This document shows, in pieces, positions 49,780 through 61,788 of a DNA stretch of 63,826 bases (position 1 is its first letter; every line of letters starts with the position of its first letter). Below the pieces are notes generated by a model. The model was not told where the DNA came from. It did not search any database and was given only the letters and a program-made list of their open reading frames with translations. A program made the position numbers and the translations under genes. This stretch comes from Leucoraja ocellata (taxonomy: Eukaryota), in assembly GCA_036785375.1 (NCBI GenBank), contig JAWMAR010000022.1:1302001-1365826 (forward strand), in the 5' to 3' direction.

Positions 49780-50920
49780 ATTATTATCTGAATGGTGGCC
49801 GATTAGGAAAAGGGGAGATGCAACGAGACCTGGGTGTCATGGTACACCAGTCATTGAAAGTAGGCAGGTACACAGAAATGCTGGAGAAAATGCGGGTGCA
49901 GCAGCATCTATGGAGCGAAGGAAATAGGCGACGTTTCGGGCCGAAACCCTTCTAGTAGGCATGCAAGTGCAGCAGGCAGTAAAGAAAGCGAATGGTATGT
50001 TAGTATTCATAGCAAAAGGATTTGAGTATAAGAGCAGGGAGGTTTTACTGCAGTTGTACAGGGTCTTGGTGAGACCACACCTGGAGTATTGCGTACAGTT
50101 TTGGGCTCCTAATCTGAGGAAAGACATTCTTGCCATAGAGGGAGTACAGAGAAGGTTCACCAGACTGATTCCTGGGATGGCAGGACTTTCATATGAAGAC
50201 CAAGCAAGAGGACATGACTTCAGAATTAAGGGACAGAAGTTTAGGGGCAACATGAGGGGGAACTTCTTTACTCAGAGAGTGGTAGCGGTGTGGAATGAGC
50301 TTACAGTGGAAGTGGTGGAGGCAGGTTCGTTGGTATCATTTAAAAATAAATTGGTTAGGCATATGGATGAGAAGGGAATGGAGGGTTATGATATGAGTGC
50401 AGGCAGGTGGGACTAAGGGAAAAAAGTTGTTCGGCACGGACTTGTAGGGCCGAGATGGCCTGTTTCCGTGCTGTAATTGTTATATGGTTAAGACTGGATA
50501 GACTCGGCTTTTACTCGCTGGAATTTAGAAGATTGAGGGGGGATCTTATAGAAACAAACAAATTTCTTAAGGGGTTGGACAGGCTAGATGCAGGAAGATT
50601 GTTCCCAATGTTGGGAAAGTCCAGAACAAGGGGTCACAGTTTAAGGATAAGGGGGAAGTCTTTTAGGACTGAGATGAGAAAATAATTTTTTACACAGAGA
50701 GTGGTGAATCTGTGGAATTCTCTGCCACAGAAAGTAGTTGAGGCCAGTTCATTGGCTATATTTAAGAGAGAGTTAGATGTGGCCCTTGATCAGGGTGTAT
50801 GGAGAGAAGGCAGGTACAGGACACTGAGTTGGATGATCAGCCATGATCATATTGAATGGCGGTGCAGGCTCGAAGGGCCGAATAGCCTACTCCTGCACCT
50901 ATTTTCTATGTTTCTATGTA
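49780..50920 (+). mobile_element. CR1 3' portion with a nested Penelope terminal repeat (49867-49953) and a nested CR1 tail (about 50200-50489)
   Basis: Highly similar to 45150-45870; TSD AGTAGGCA at 49859-49866 and 49954-49961; host reads atatgaaga|aagactggataga. Confidence 0.9.
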
Positions 50921-51489
50921 ATGGAAAGTATGGGAGTGGAAGCTAAGTGCAGTCACAATAAAGCCAGATATCAAAACTTGCCAATATATTTTGAAATTGC
51001 GGGCAAATGGAAGATAGCAAGCGCTTACAGGAACTGGAGAAAATTCAGCATAAATCATCCAGCTGGAGCAAATGTTGGTCTCGATATCAACAGAGAATTG
51101 AAGAATGCATCAACAACCTCCTGTCATGGATTATGTAGTAACTGAGCAAAAAAACATTATTGACGATACGAAAATCAATATTTGGAATGACTTCCGACCT
51201 GTTGTTCAACAGCAATGGGAATTGAAATAACGTCAGGATCTCTGTGTGCTTGGTTTTGGCTTCAACAAGGTAAGCGCCCTACTCTGTTCTTTAAAGCCAA
51301 CAAAGTTATGATACCCAAAACATACATTCTTTTAGGAAGGAGATGAGGAGAAGTTTCTTTAGGCAGAGGGTGGTGATTCCGTGGAATTCTTTACCACAGA
51401 AGGCTGTGGAGGCCATGTCAGTGGATATTTTTAAGGCAGAGATGGATGGATTCTTGATTAGTACGGGTGCCAGAGGTTATGGGGCGTAA

Positions 51490-54400
51490 GGTGCATTTAA
51501 ACTAAATAGCGGAGGGGTCGGTTGACAAATTGGGAGTATAAGGATGAAGTTAAAAGGGAAGAGAGTACAGGAAAAGTTACGAAAGACACCACAATTAATG
51601 GGACGGAAAGTTCAAGAAGGGATAAGAGGGTAAGGTTAGGTGAAATAGGAACCAGTGTGAGAGGCGAGGTGTATTCCAAATTAAAAGTGTTATATATGAA
51701 TTTGCAAAGTATAAGAAATAAAGTGGATGAGCTTGAGACTCTGTTAGAAATTGGTAAGTATGATGTTGTGGGAATTACAGAGACATGCCTGCAAGAGCTG
51801 GGAACTGAATATTCATGGGTATACGTCCTTTCAAAAAGACAGATAGGTGGGCAGAGGGGGTGGGGTAGCTCTGTTGCTAAAGAATGAAATTCAGTCCCTT
51901 GCGAGGGGTGATAGAAAATCAGAATATGTAGATAGATGTGGATAGAACTGAGAAATTGTAAGAGTAAAAATACCCTAATGGGAGTTATCTACAGGCCCCA
52001 AAACAGTAGCCTGGATAGAGGGTGCAAGTTGCATCAGGAGTTAAAATTGTCATGTAACAAACGTAATGTTACGGTGGTTATGGGAGATTTCAACATGCAG
52101 GTAGACCGGGATAATAAGGTTTAATCAAATAATATTGTACTGGACCAAAGAAAGGGACTTTGCGAGGTGCCTCCGAGATGGATTCTTAGAGCAGCTTGTA
52201 CTGGAGCCTACCAGGGAGAAGGCAATTCTGGATTTAGTGTTGTGCAATGAACTGGATTTGATAAGGGAACTTAACGTAAAGGAACTATTAGGAGGTAGTG
52301 ACCATAATATGACAAGTTTTAATCTGCAATTTGAGAGGGAGAAGGTAAAATTGAAAGTGTCAGTATTGCAGTTGAACAAAGGAGACTATGGTGCCACGGG
52401 GGAGGAGCTGGACAAAGTTGACCAGAAAGGGACCCTAGCATGGATGACGGTGGCTGACAGGTATTTCTGGGAATAATCCGGAAGATGCAGGTTCATTTAA
52501 TTCAAAAAAGGAAGAAAGATTCTTTTGTTGTTGTTGTTTTTTTTATTAGAAGTTAATACAGCACAAAACAGTACAGTGGAACCTAATTTTAGGTGCCAAC
52601 TATGTAATACCGTAATCCATTCTATGTACAACCTCTAGTTTTATGTTATGAGAAGGAAGTAAGCAAGACAAGAAAAAGAAAACAATAGAAAGAGGAAAAA
52701 GTGGATAAATAGATGGTAGAGAGTAGAAAAACGTGAAGTGTGTATATAAAAAATAAAAAAGGAAGAGAGAAAGTGGAAAGTAGAAATAGAAGAGAAGGCC
52801 CCTTAAAAGAGAATTTTTCAAATCTGTATTCGGAGATGTAGATCTATCCGCGTCATGAACTGAAATCGGCAATCTTTACGGTACCGCTGCATCACATGAT
52901 TCCAAAAAGTCGATGAAAGGAGACCAACTACTTAAGAATTGGTCATATTTATCTATTAGTCGGAGTCTCATTTCTTCAAGGCGTGCTATGTCCATCATAT
53001 TCCTAATCCACATTTTAACAGTTGGTATGGTTGTATTTTTCCAAAATTTAAGTATCAATTTCTTTCCAATTATTAACCCATAATTAAAAAAAACATTTTG
53101 ATCTTTATTTAAATTGGTATCTTCTCCTATTATTCCAAATATAATCCATTCCGTTTTGGGTTCTATTCTTGACTTGAAAAGCTTTGTAAATATATCAAAT
53201 ATATCACTCCAAAATGTATTCAACTTTGTACATCCTACAAATGAATGTGTTATATTAGCGTTTTGAAACAAACATTTATCGCATCTGGGAGAGACGTTTG
53301 GATAAAATTTATTCAACCTCGTTTTTGAATAATATAGTCTATGTAATAATTTGAATTGAATTCAATTATGTCTTGCATTAATAGAACAGTTATGTGTATT
53401 CATCAAATACTTTTCCCATCTATCCTTCGAGATCTTTATCATTAGCTCATGTTCCCAATCTTCCCTTAATGCTTCTGTTGAGGGTGATTCTCTATTTAAT
53501 ATATTATTATAAAAGTATATTAATTTTTGTGAATCAGCCTTAATATTCATTGCTTCTTCTAAAGGATCTAAAAATAGTTTGAAATCTATGTGTATATTTC
53601 TTCATAAAGTCACATGCCTGTATATATTTAAAATATTGATTATCCTTCAATTTAAATTTAAATTTTAATTGTTGAAATGATAACAGTTTGCCCACTTCAT
53701 ATATATCCCCTACTTTCCTAATCCCCAGTCTATCCCATTGTTGATATGTGTTGTCGATGAGAGAAGGTTTGAATGCGGGGTTGTTCAATAGTGGGGTTAG
53801 TACTGATAAATTATTTAATTTCAAGGATACTTTTATTTGTTTCCAAATTCTTATTATATTGTGAATAATTGGGTTCTTCTTATATATTATACTATTCAAT
53901 TTTATCGGTGAGAGCAGGATCGTTCCTATATCGTGCGGATAGCACTCCTCTTTCTCCATTCTTATCCACTCCAACTGCTGAGTGGAACTATCCAGCCAGT
54001 ACATTATGTTCTTAATATGCACTGCCCAGTAGTAATACATAAAGTTAGGTAATGATAAACCCCCAACTTCTTTAGATTTGCACAAATGCTTTTGTTGAAT
54101 TCTATGTGTTCTGTAGTCCCATATAAAATTAGTGATAGTGGAATCTAGTTTTTTGAAAAAATATTTTGGAATATATATTGGGATCGCTTGAAACAAATAT
54201 ATTAATTGTGGTAAGTCATTTTTATAGCGTTAATTCTACCTATCAATGAGAGCGGAAGCGTTTTCCAAAATTTAATCGTATCATTCAGTTTATTTAATAG
54301 TGGCATAAAATTGGCACTAAATAATGATTTGTGTCTTCTCGTAATTTGAATACACAGATACTTGAATTTTTCTGTTGCAATTTCGAAGGGGAATTTCAGT

Positions 54401-56476
54401 GTCTCGAATCCTGTGGTTTTAAAGACATAATTTCGCTTTTATTCCAATTTATTCTATATCCTGAAAAAGAGCCAAATTCCTCAATTAGTGTTAATAAGGT
54501 GGGTATACTCGTTTGTGTATTAGTAATATATAAAAGGATATCATCAGCATATAATGAAATTTTATTCTTTGAGTCCTTGCTGTTATATCCGTGAATATTC
54601 GGGTGATTTCTAATCCTTTCGGCCAGCGGTTCTATCATAAGGGCAAATAGCAATGGTGATAAGGCACACCCTTGCCTATTACCCCTTGATAAGTAAAATT
54701 TTGGAGATAGCGTATTGTTAGTTAATCTTCTTGCCGTAGGTCTATCGTAAAGTAGTTTAATCCATCTAATAAAATTCTCTCCCGTATTAAATTTTTGGAG
54801 TACCTTGTATAAATACTGCCATTCTACTTGATCAAATGCCTTCTCTGCATCCAGCGTGACAACTGAAATATCTTCATTGTCCTCATTATGAGAGTACATT
54901 ATATTAAAAAGCCTTCTCAAATTATTAAATGATTGTCTTTTGGGTATAAATCCCGTTTGATTCGTATTTATTAAATTGTTAATATAATTATTTAGCCTTC
55001 TAGCTAGAATCTTTGCTAAAATTTTCTGATCCGTATTTAGAAGTGAAATAGCTCTATAAGAACCCGGTTCATCTAAATCTTTATCTTTTTTTGGTATAAG
55101 CGTTATTGTTGCTTCTGCTAGGGTTTCTGGTAGTTTATTTTCAGTATAAGCCTGCATGTATAAATTGAATAATCTTGATACGATTGACTCCTGAAATCTT
55201 TTATAAAATTCATTACTAAAACCGTCTGGTCTTCCCATTTTTCAGTGAGTTTATTATTTGTTTTATTTCTTCACTAGTAATCCGTGTTCCTAATTGCTCT
55301 TGTTCTAAACTATCCAATTTTGGGAGCTTGCAATTATCTAAAGAAATTTGTAATTTTACTTACATCTGTCTTTATTTTAGATGTATATAAATTATGATAA
55401 AATTGGGCAAACCTCTTATTAATATCCTTAGGCAATGTTAGAAACTCACCCTTATCCGATTTAATTTTAGTAATAGTTTTTTCCTTTTCTCGTTGCTTCA
55501 GTTGCCTCGCAAGTAGTTTATGAGGCTTATCCCCAAATTCGAAGTGTGCTTGTTTTGTAATTTGGAATAATCTTATTACTCTAGCCGATAGTATTCTATT
55601 GACTTTATATTTCAATAAGGTTATCTTATTATGTTTATTTATGGTTGGGTCGGTTGCATTGTCCAGTTCTAGTAATTTTATTTTCTGTTCTATCCGCTGA
55701 AGTTCTCTTTTATTTTCCTTATTTTGAAAACTTTGGTAAGAGATTATGACACCGCGAATATATGCCTTGAAGGTTTCCCATAATAGTGGTGCAGAAATAC
55801 CCGGCTTGTCATTTATTTCGAAAAAAAGTTTTGTTTGTTCTTTTATATACTCATAACCCTGCGGGTTATTTAATATGTGTGCATTGAACCTCCAAAAAGG
55901 TTTTATACTCGGCATTCCCTCAATTTTAAGTATAAAAGTCCATGGTGAGTGATCAGAAATAATACTATTATGATATGATGGTTTATTCGTATACGGGATC
56001 AATTTTGTGTCCAATAAGAAATAGTCAATTTGCGAATAAGTTTTGTGAACTGATGAATAAAATGAGTATTCCCTACCACTTGGATTTGCTATTCTCCAAA
56101 CATCAGCTATGTTATTATTTTTTATATAAGTATTTAAAAATTCACAGGTCTTAGTTTTAACAAGACGCTTCCCTAGCTTTATTGATTTATCTAAGTATGG
56201 GTCTATAACACAGTTGAAATCTCCCCCCATTATTATATTTTGAAAATTATGCTCTGCGATTAAATCTATTATTTTCCTAAAAAATTGAGGGTTATCAAAA
56301 TTAGGCGCGTAAATATTTATCATAGTTAATGGTGTATTGTAAATTTCTCCCGTGACTATAACATATCTTCCCTCAGGAAGAAAGATTCTAAGGGGAGTAA
56401 GAGGTGACCAGGCTGACAAGGGAAGTCAAGGACAATATAAAAATAAAAGAGAAAACGTATAACATAGCAAAGATGA
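51490..56476 (+). mobile_element. CR1 5'/endonuclease region (51490-52523 and 56375-56476) split by L1
   Basis: LKVLYMNLQSIRNKVDEL...VVGITET, GVIYRPQN, MGDFNM, LGGSDHNM. Confidence 0.88.
52524..56374 (-). mobile_element. L1-clade LINE, 5'-truncated ORF2 (EN, RT, Cys-rich C-terminus), frameshifted, AT-rich
   Basis: INIYAPN, GGDFNCV, SQIDYF, ISDHSP; YRAISLLNTDQKILAK, LDAEKAFD, GNRQGCALSPLLF, LYADD; CDKC...HSFVGC; A-rich tail; 15-bp TSD AGGAAGAAAGATTCT at 52509-52523 and 56375-56389. Confidence 0.95.
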
Positions 56477-57505
56477 ACGACTGCATTGGTGCTACCTCCT
56501 GCACCCATGCAGAACTCACTGACTTCATCAACTTCACCACTAATTTCCGTCCTGCACTCAAATTCATTTGGACCATCTCCGACATCTCCCTACCATTTCT
56601 AGATCTCACCGTCTCCATCACAGGAAACAGACTATTGACCGACATCTACTACAAACCTACTGACTGTCATAACTATCTTGACTACATTTCTTCCCACCCT
56701 GCTTCCTGTAAAGACTCTATCCCCTACTCCCAATACCTCAGTCCACGCCGCAGCAGCGCCCAGGATGAGGTGTTCCATGCCAGGGCATCGGAGATGTCCT
56801 CATTCTTTAGGAAACGGGGGTTCCCCTCTTCCATTATAGATGAGGCTCTCACTGGGGTCTCCTCGATATCCCGCAGCTCCTGCTCTTACTGCCCCTCCCC
56901 CTATTTGTAACAAGGACAGAGTCCCCCTTGTCCTCACCTTCCACCCCATCAGTGGACACATACAGCATATAATCCTCAAACATTTTCACCACCTCCAACA
57001 GGATCCCTATTCCAGGCATACTGGCCACATCTTCCCATCTCCACCCCTTTCTGCAGAGATTGTTCCCTCCGAAACTCCCTGGTCAACTCGTCCCTTCCCA
57101 CCCAAACCACCCCCTCCCCAGGTATTTTTCCACTGCAACCGCAAGAGATGCAACATCCCCCCCTCAACACCAACCAAGGACCCAGTCTTTCCAGGTGAGG
57201 CAGAGGTTCACTTGCACCCCCTCCAACCTCATCTACTGTATCCTCTATTCCAGGTGTCAACTTGTCTACATTGTTGAGACCAAGATCGTTTCGCTGAACA
57301 CCTCCGCTCAGTCAGCCTTAACTTACCTGATCTCCCGGTGGCTCAGCACTTCAACTCCCCCTCCCATTCCCAATCTGACCTTTCTGTCCTGGGCCTCCTC
57401 CATTGTCATGGTGAAGCCCAGTGCAAATTGGAGGAACAGCACCTCATATTATGCTTGGGTAGTTTACACCCCAGCGGTATGAACATTGACTTATCTAACT
57501 TCAGA

Positions 57506-59563
57506 ATAGAATAAGAATAGTTTCTTTATTGTCATTGTAACATGAACCATGTACAACAAAATTTAAAAATGTCAGCCAGTCAGTGCACCATTCAAACATT
57601 TCTAAAAGCTAACGATACATACAAGGTAAAATATTAAAAAAGATAAACAACTAAAATAAATATCATGAAAATAGCACGCATAAACACCCAATCCCACATC
57701 CTTCTGTCGATTTCACAAAGTACCACAGTCCCTTAGTATTGGGCGGCTACATTTAGTGCCTTTATAGCAGTGGGGTAAACTGTTTTTAAGTCTGTTTGTC
57801 CTTGTCCTTGTAGATCTGTACAGTCTGCCCGACGGCAACAGTTCAAACAGGGAGTGGGAAATGTCCTTTATAATACTCTGGGATTTTTTGATGCAGCGGG
57901 AACTGTGTAAGTCCTCCAAGGTAAGGAGATGGCAGCCGACAATCCTCTGGGCGTTGTCAATGGCCCTCTGGAGCACTTTCCTCTGAGCCGCTGTGCAGCT
58001 GGTGTACCATGCGCATACACAGTATGTTAGGATGCTCTCAATGGAGCACCGATAAAAGGACAGCAGCAGTCTCTGATTGATGTTATTCTTCCTGAGCACC
58101 CTCAGGAAGTGCAGTCTCTGCTGGACCTTTTTCAGCAGCGCAGAGGTGTTCACGCTCCATGTCAGGTCCTCCTCAATATGGATTCCCAGGAAGCGGAAAT
58201 CCGCCACCCTCTCCATACAGTTGGTACAATGTCCGTTTTATTCTTCCTGAAGTCTATTATTATTTCCTTTGTCTTTAAGGTGTTGAGGAGCAGGTTATTT
58301 TTTCCATACCACACTGTCAGCTGCTCCGCCTCATCCCGGTAGGCGTACTCGTCCCCCCCGGAGACGAGTCCCACCACCGTAGTGTCATCCGCAAATTTGA
58401 CAATGCTGTTGCTGTGGTGGGCGGGGGTGCAGTCATGTGTGTAGATGGTGTAGAGCAGGGGGCTCAGTACGCAGCCCTGTGGAGAGCCGGTACTGAGGCC
58501 GAGGACCGTGGATGTGTGATGGCCCACTCTGACTCTCTGGCTGCGACCCGACAGGAAGCTATTTATCCACATGCAGGTGGAGTGTGGAAGTCCCAAGTCC
58601 CCCAGTTTGTCCACCAGTTTGTGGGGAAGGATGGTATTAAAAGCAGAGCTGTAGTCCACAAAGAGCATCCGCACGTAGCTCCCCCGCTGCTCCAGGTGGG
58701 ACAGTGCAGCATGGAGAGCTGTGCCTACAGCGTCCTCTGTAGATCTATTCACTCTGTACGCAAACTGGTGGGGGTCAAAGCTTCGGGGCAGGAGTGATGT
58801 GATATGACCCCGGACCAGTTTTTCAAAACACTTCATCACCACTGGTGTGAGTGCGACTGGCCGGTAGTTGTTGAGGCTGGAGATGTTGTTTTTTTTGGGC
58901 AAGGGGACTATGGTTGAGGACTTCAGACAGGGTGGAACAGTGGACTGGGCCAGAGACTGGTTGAAAATCCTCGTACAGACTCCAGCCAGCTGGTCTGCGC
59001 AGTCCTTCAACACGCGTCCAGATACGCCGTCCGGACCAGTGGCCTTCCTTGGATTGATGGCCCGCAGCGTGCGCCTCACCTCATGCTCCTCTATCTTGAG
59101 GGTTAGGCTGCTGTGGACCATGTGGTGTGATGTGGCTGTCTCGGGTGGCTCCACTTCAAAGCGAGCAAAGAAGAGATTCAGCTCCTCTGCCAACGAGGCG
59201 TCACCTTCAGCAGCTCCAAGGTTGGTCTTGTAGTTGGTGAGATACTGGATCCCCTGCCACACCTGCCTGCTGTTGTTACTGTCCAGGTGGTCCTCTATCT
59301 TCCTCCTGTAGTCTGATTTGGCCTCTCTGATGCCTCTCTTCAGGTTAGCTCGGGCCGTGCTGTATAAAGCCCTATCGCCAGACCTAAAAGCGGTGTTCCT
59401 CTCTTTTAACAGCCGCTGGACCTCCCGGGTCATCCAGGGCTTCTGGTTGGGGTAGACCCGGATGCGTTTGTCCACTGTGACAGTGTCCATGCAGTTTTTA
59501 ATGTAACAGTACACTGTCTGTGAACACCTCCAGGTCCCGGTGTTCAAACACATCCCAGTTGGT
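57506..59563 (-). mobile_element. 5'-truncated Rex1/Babar LINE nested in the Penelope element
   Basis: ORF 58162..59553 with [52 protein letters not shown]; short-repeat tail; TSD CTTCAGA at 57499-57505 and 59564-59570. Confidence 0.94.
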
Positions 59564-59670
59564 CTTCAGACAGCCCTTGCTTTCTCGCTCCATCCCCTTC
59601 CCAGTTCTCCCACTAGTCTCACTGTCTCCAACTACATTCTATATTTGTCCCGCCCCCTCCCCTGATATCA

Positions 59671-59705
59671 GTCTGAAGAAGGGTCTCGACCCGAAATGTC
59701 ACCCA
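59671..59705 (+). ncRNA. Minimal type-I hammerhead ribozyme-like motif in the Penelope terminal repeat
   Basis: GT-CTGAAGA-A-GGGTC-TC-GACCC-GAAA-TG-TC-AC: CUGANGA and GAAA core boxes, 5-bp stem II, GUC site. Stem I is very short and stem III is minimal. Confidence 0.6.
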
Positions 59706-60284
59706 TTCTTTCTCTCCAGAGATGCCACCTCACCCGCTGAGTTACTCCAGCATTTTGTGTCTACCTTGGGCCAAGTCAGCATGGATTTACGAAGGGGAAA
59801 TCATGGAGTTTCATGGAGAAGGGGAAATCACGGTGTTTCAAGTCGTGACCCTTTTTCAAACCGAATATATCCGAGGAAGGGTTCCAACCCGAAACGTCAC
59901 CCATCCACGTTCGCCGGAAATGCTGCCTGACCTGCTGAGTTACTCAGGCACCTTGTGTCTTTTTTTTGTAAACCAGCATAGAGGTTAACTGGTGCAGAGA
60001 AAGTGAGTGTGCGGTGGTGGCAGGAGGGCACTGGGTAGGAGACAAAAATTATTTGCAAGTCCTTACAGAAAAGCTTAACTTAAAACTATCATTCCGGTGG
60101 CAGAGAGATAGACGTACAATTTATAATTTTTACCTTGGTGGCTGGAACATAATAGATGATTGATGAAGCATAATTGATGAACCATCATCATTTATAAATA
60201 ATACTAAGTAGATATGACAACTCAAAGGCTTCTTTGCACAAAACCAATTATCATGCTGTAGTATAAAATAAGGATTATTCATAC

Positions 60285-60394
60285 CTGGATCCAGCACTGC
60301 ACAGTCGGCAGGTATTTATTAGTGATCAATCTTTGGAAATCCTCCACATTGTTAATTACAGCAGTGTTGTCCTCATCCTCGTTGATCTTTAAAT
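60285..60394 (-). CDS. UVSSA: UVSSA internal coding exon (xLKINEDEDNTAVINNVEDFQRLITNKYLPTVQCWIQ)
   Basis: Minus strand gatgacag|ATTTAAAG...ATCCAG|gtatga; 110 bp, phase 1 to 0. Resembles human UVSSA [36 protein letters not shown] (recalled). Confidence 0.93.
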
Positions 60395-60924
60395 CTGTCA
60401 TCCAAATATATAGATTATTCTAAATGGGTACAGATTCTTTCAAAATAAACTTTACTGTATATTTAAACACATAACTAGACAGACTGATACACAAAATACA
60501 AGCAATGTAAATAATTTATTCATACAGCTTAAAAACTGGCCCTTCGCTCGCAAGACTCTGTGTCTACCATCAACATTAATTCTACCCAAATCCAAGTTCT
60601 TCATCCACCTCCCCAATTCTCAGAACCAAACCCCGAGAATATTATTCATCTGAAAAACGCCCATTTGCGAACATTGCAAAAACCTAGCTTTGCAATACAG
60701 CAGCTTATTGTTGCACTTTCAGCAGTCCATACCTGATAAGAAATATCTTTAGCATCCTTTCCCCAATTAAGCCTCACATGTCAAAATTAAATTATATTTG
60801 CCATTCCTTGGCCCACCTTCCCACATGATCAGGATCTTCATATAAATTTAGATAATCCATCCTCGGCATCTGTTGTACCACCAATGTTAACTGCAAGATC
60901 TATCTATCTACATCTATATATATA

Positions 60925-61788
60925 TCTATATTACTAAAAGTCTGATCTTGACCGCTTTTGGCCCATTGTGGCGCAATTTCCGAGAGAACGCCGTCACCTA
61001 CGGCCGTCATTTTTGGCCACCTCCCTCAGAGCCCCCCTCCGCCTTCCAGGACCAGAGGATTTTTCCCATCGATGAAATATGAGAGAGATATTAATGTTTT
61101 TACAAAATTCCGCATTCTCTCTGCTGCCCCCGCTGGCAGCAGGGGGAGGAACTATAAAACCCGGAAGTGTCGTGCCTCACTCAGTCTCTGCCAGACCCAG
61201 GAAGCGAGAGGTTCACGGCTGTCTGAGCTACGAATAACACTGAACACACGTCTACTCCACGGTGAGTCCCCTCGATGCAGCTGTAAAGTGGCTGTAGCCC
61301 TTTTTAAAAAGTTTGTGTTCACAGAATGAGTTTTGGCTGTCAGGTGGCTGCAGCCCAAATGTTTGCCTCGCCTTTTGAACAAGTTTGTGTTCACAGAATG
61401 ACTTTTGGTTGTCGGGTGGCTGCAGCCCAATTTTTTTGCCACGCATTTTTAACAAGTTTGTGTTCACAAAATGAATTTTGGTTGTCAGGTGGCTGCAGCC
61501 CAATTGTTTGCCTCGCCTTGGCTTTTAAAATCATTGCAACAGTTGGCTGCCAGCCCAAGAATCCATTCGGGCCACAATGTCTATACTTGCCCTCTGGAAA
61601 CCAGTACCTTCGGCCCACAACACCCATACTAGCACAACAGACAGCCCCCCCCCCCCCCCCCCCCCCCCCCCCACCCGCCCCCGCCGCCACTGGCGAGCAA
61701 TATTGGAATTGGTGGAGAGGTGGAATGTTGCGTTGGTGATCAGCCCTCTCATGTGATGCTGGGACCCAACGGGTCCCACATAGTCTAG
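60925..61788 (+). mobile_element. Non-autonomous Helitron-like element B1 (train 2), with an internal about 72-bp tandem repeat x3 (61309-61520)
   Basis: A|TCTATATTACTAAAA start; perfect hairpin TGGGACCC-AAC-GGGTCCCA at 61760-61778; CTAG at 61785-61788 then T; no TIR or TSD. Confidence 0.8.

Larger units (their letters stand above)
56477..59765 (+). mobile_element. Penelope-like element (RT C-terminal part, GIY-YIG, terminal repeat), split by Rex1; pieces 56477-57505 and 59571-59765
   Basis: LPFLDLTV...YYKPTD...YISSHP...SIPYSQ; RFTCTPSNLIYCI...VYIVETK; homologous to 3565-4012. Confidence 0.9.
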
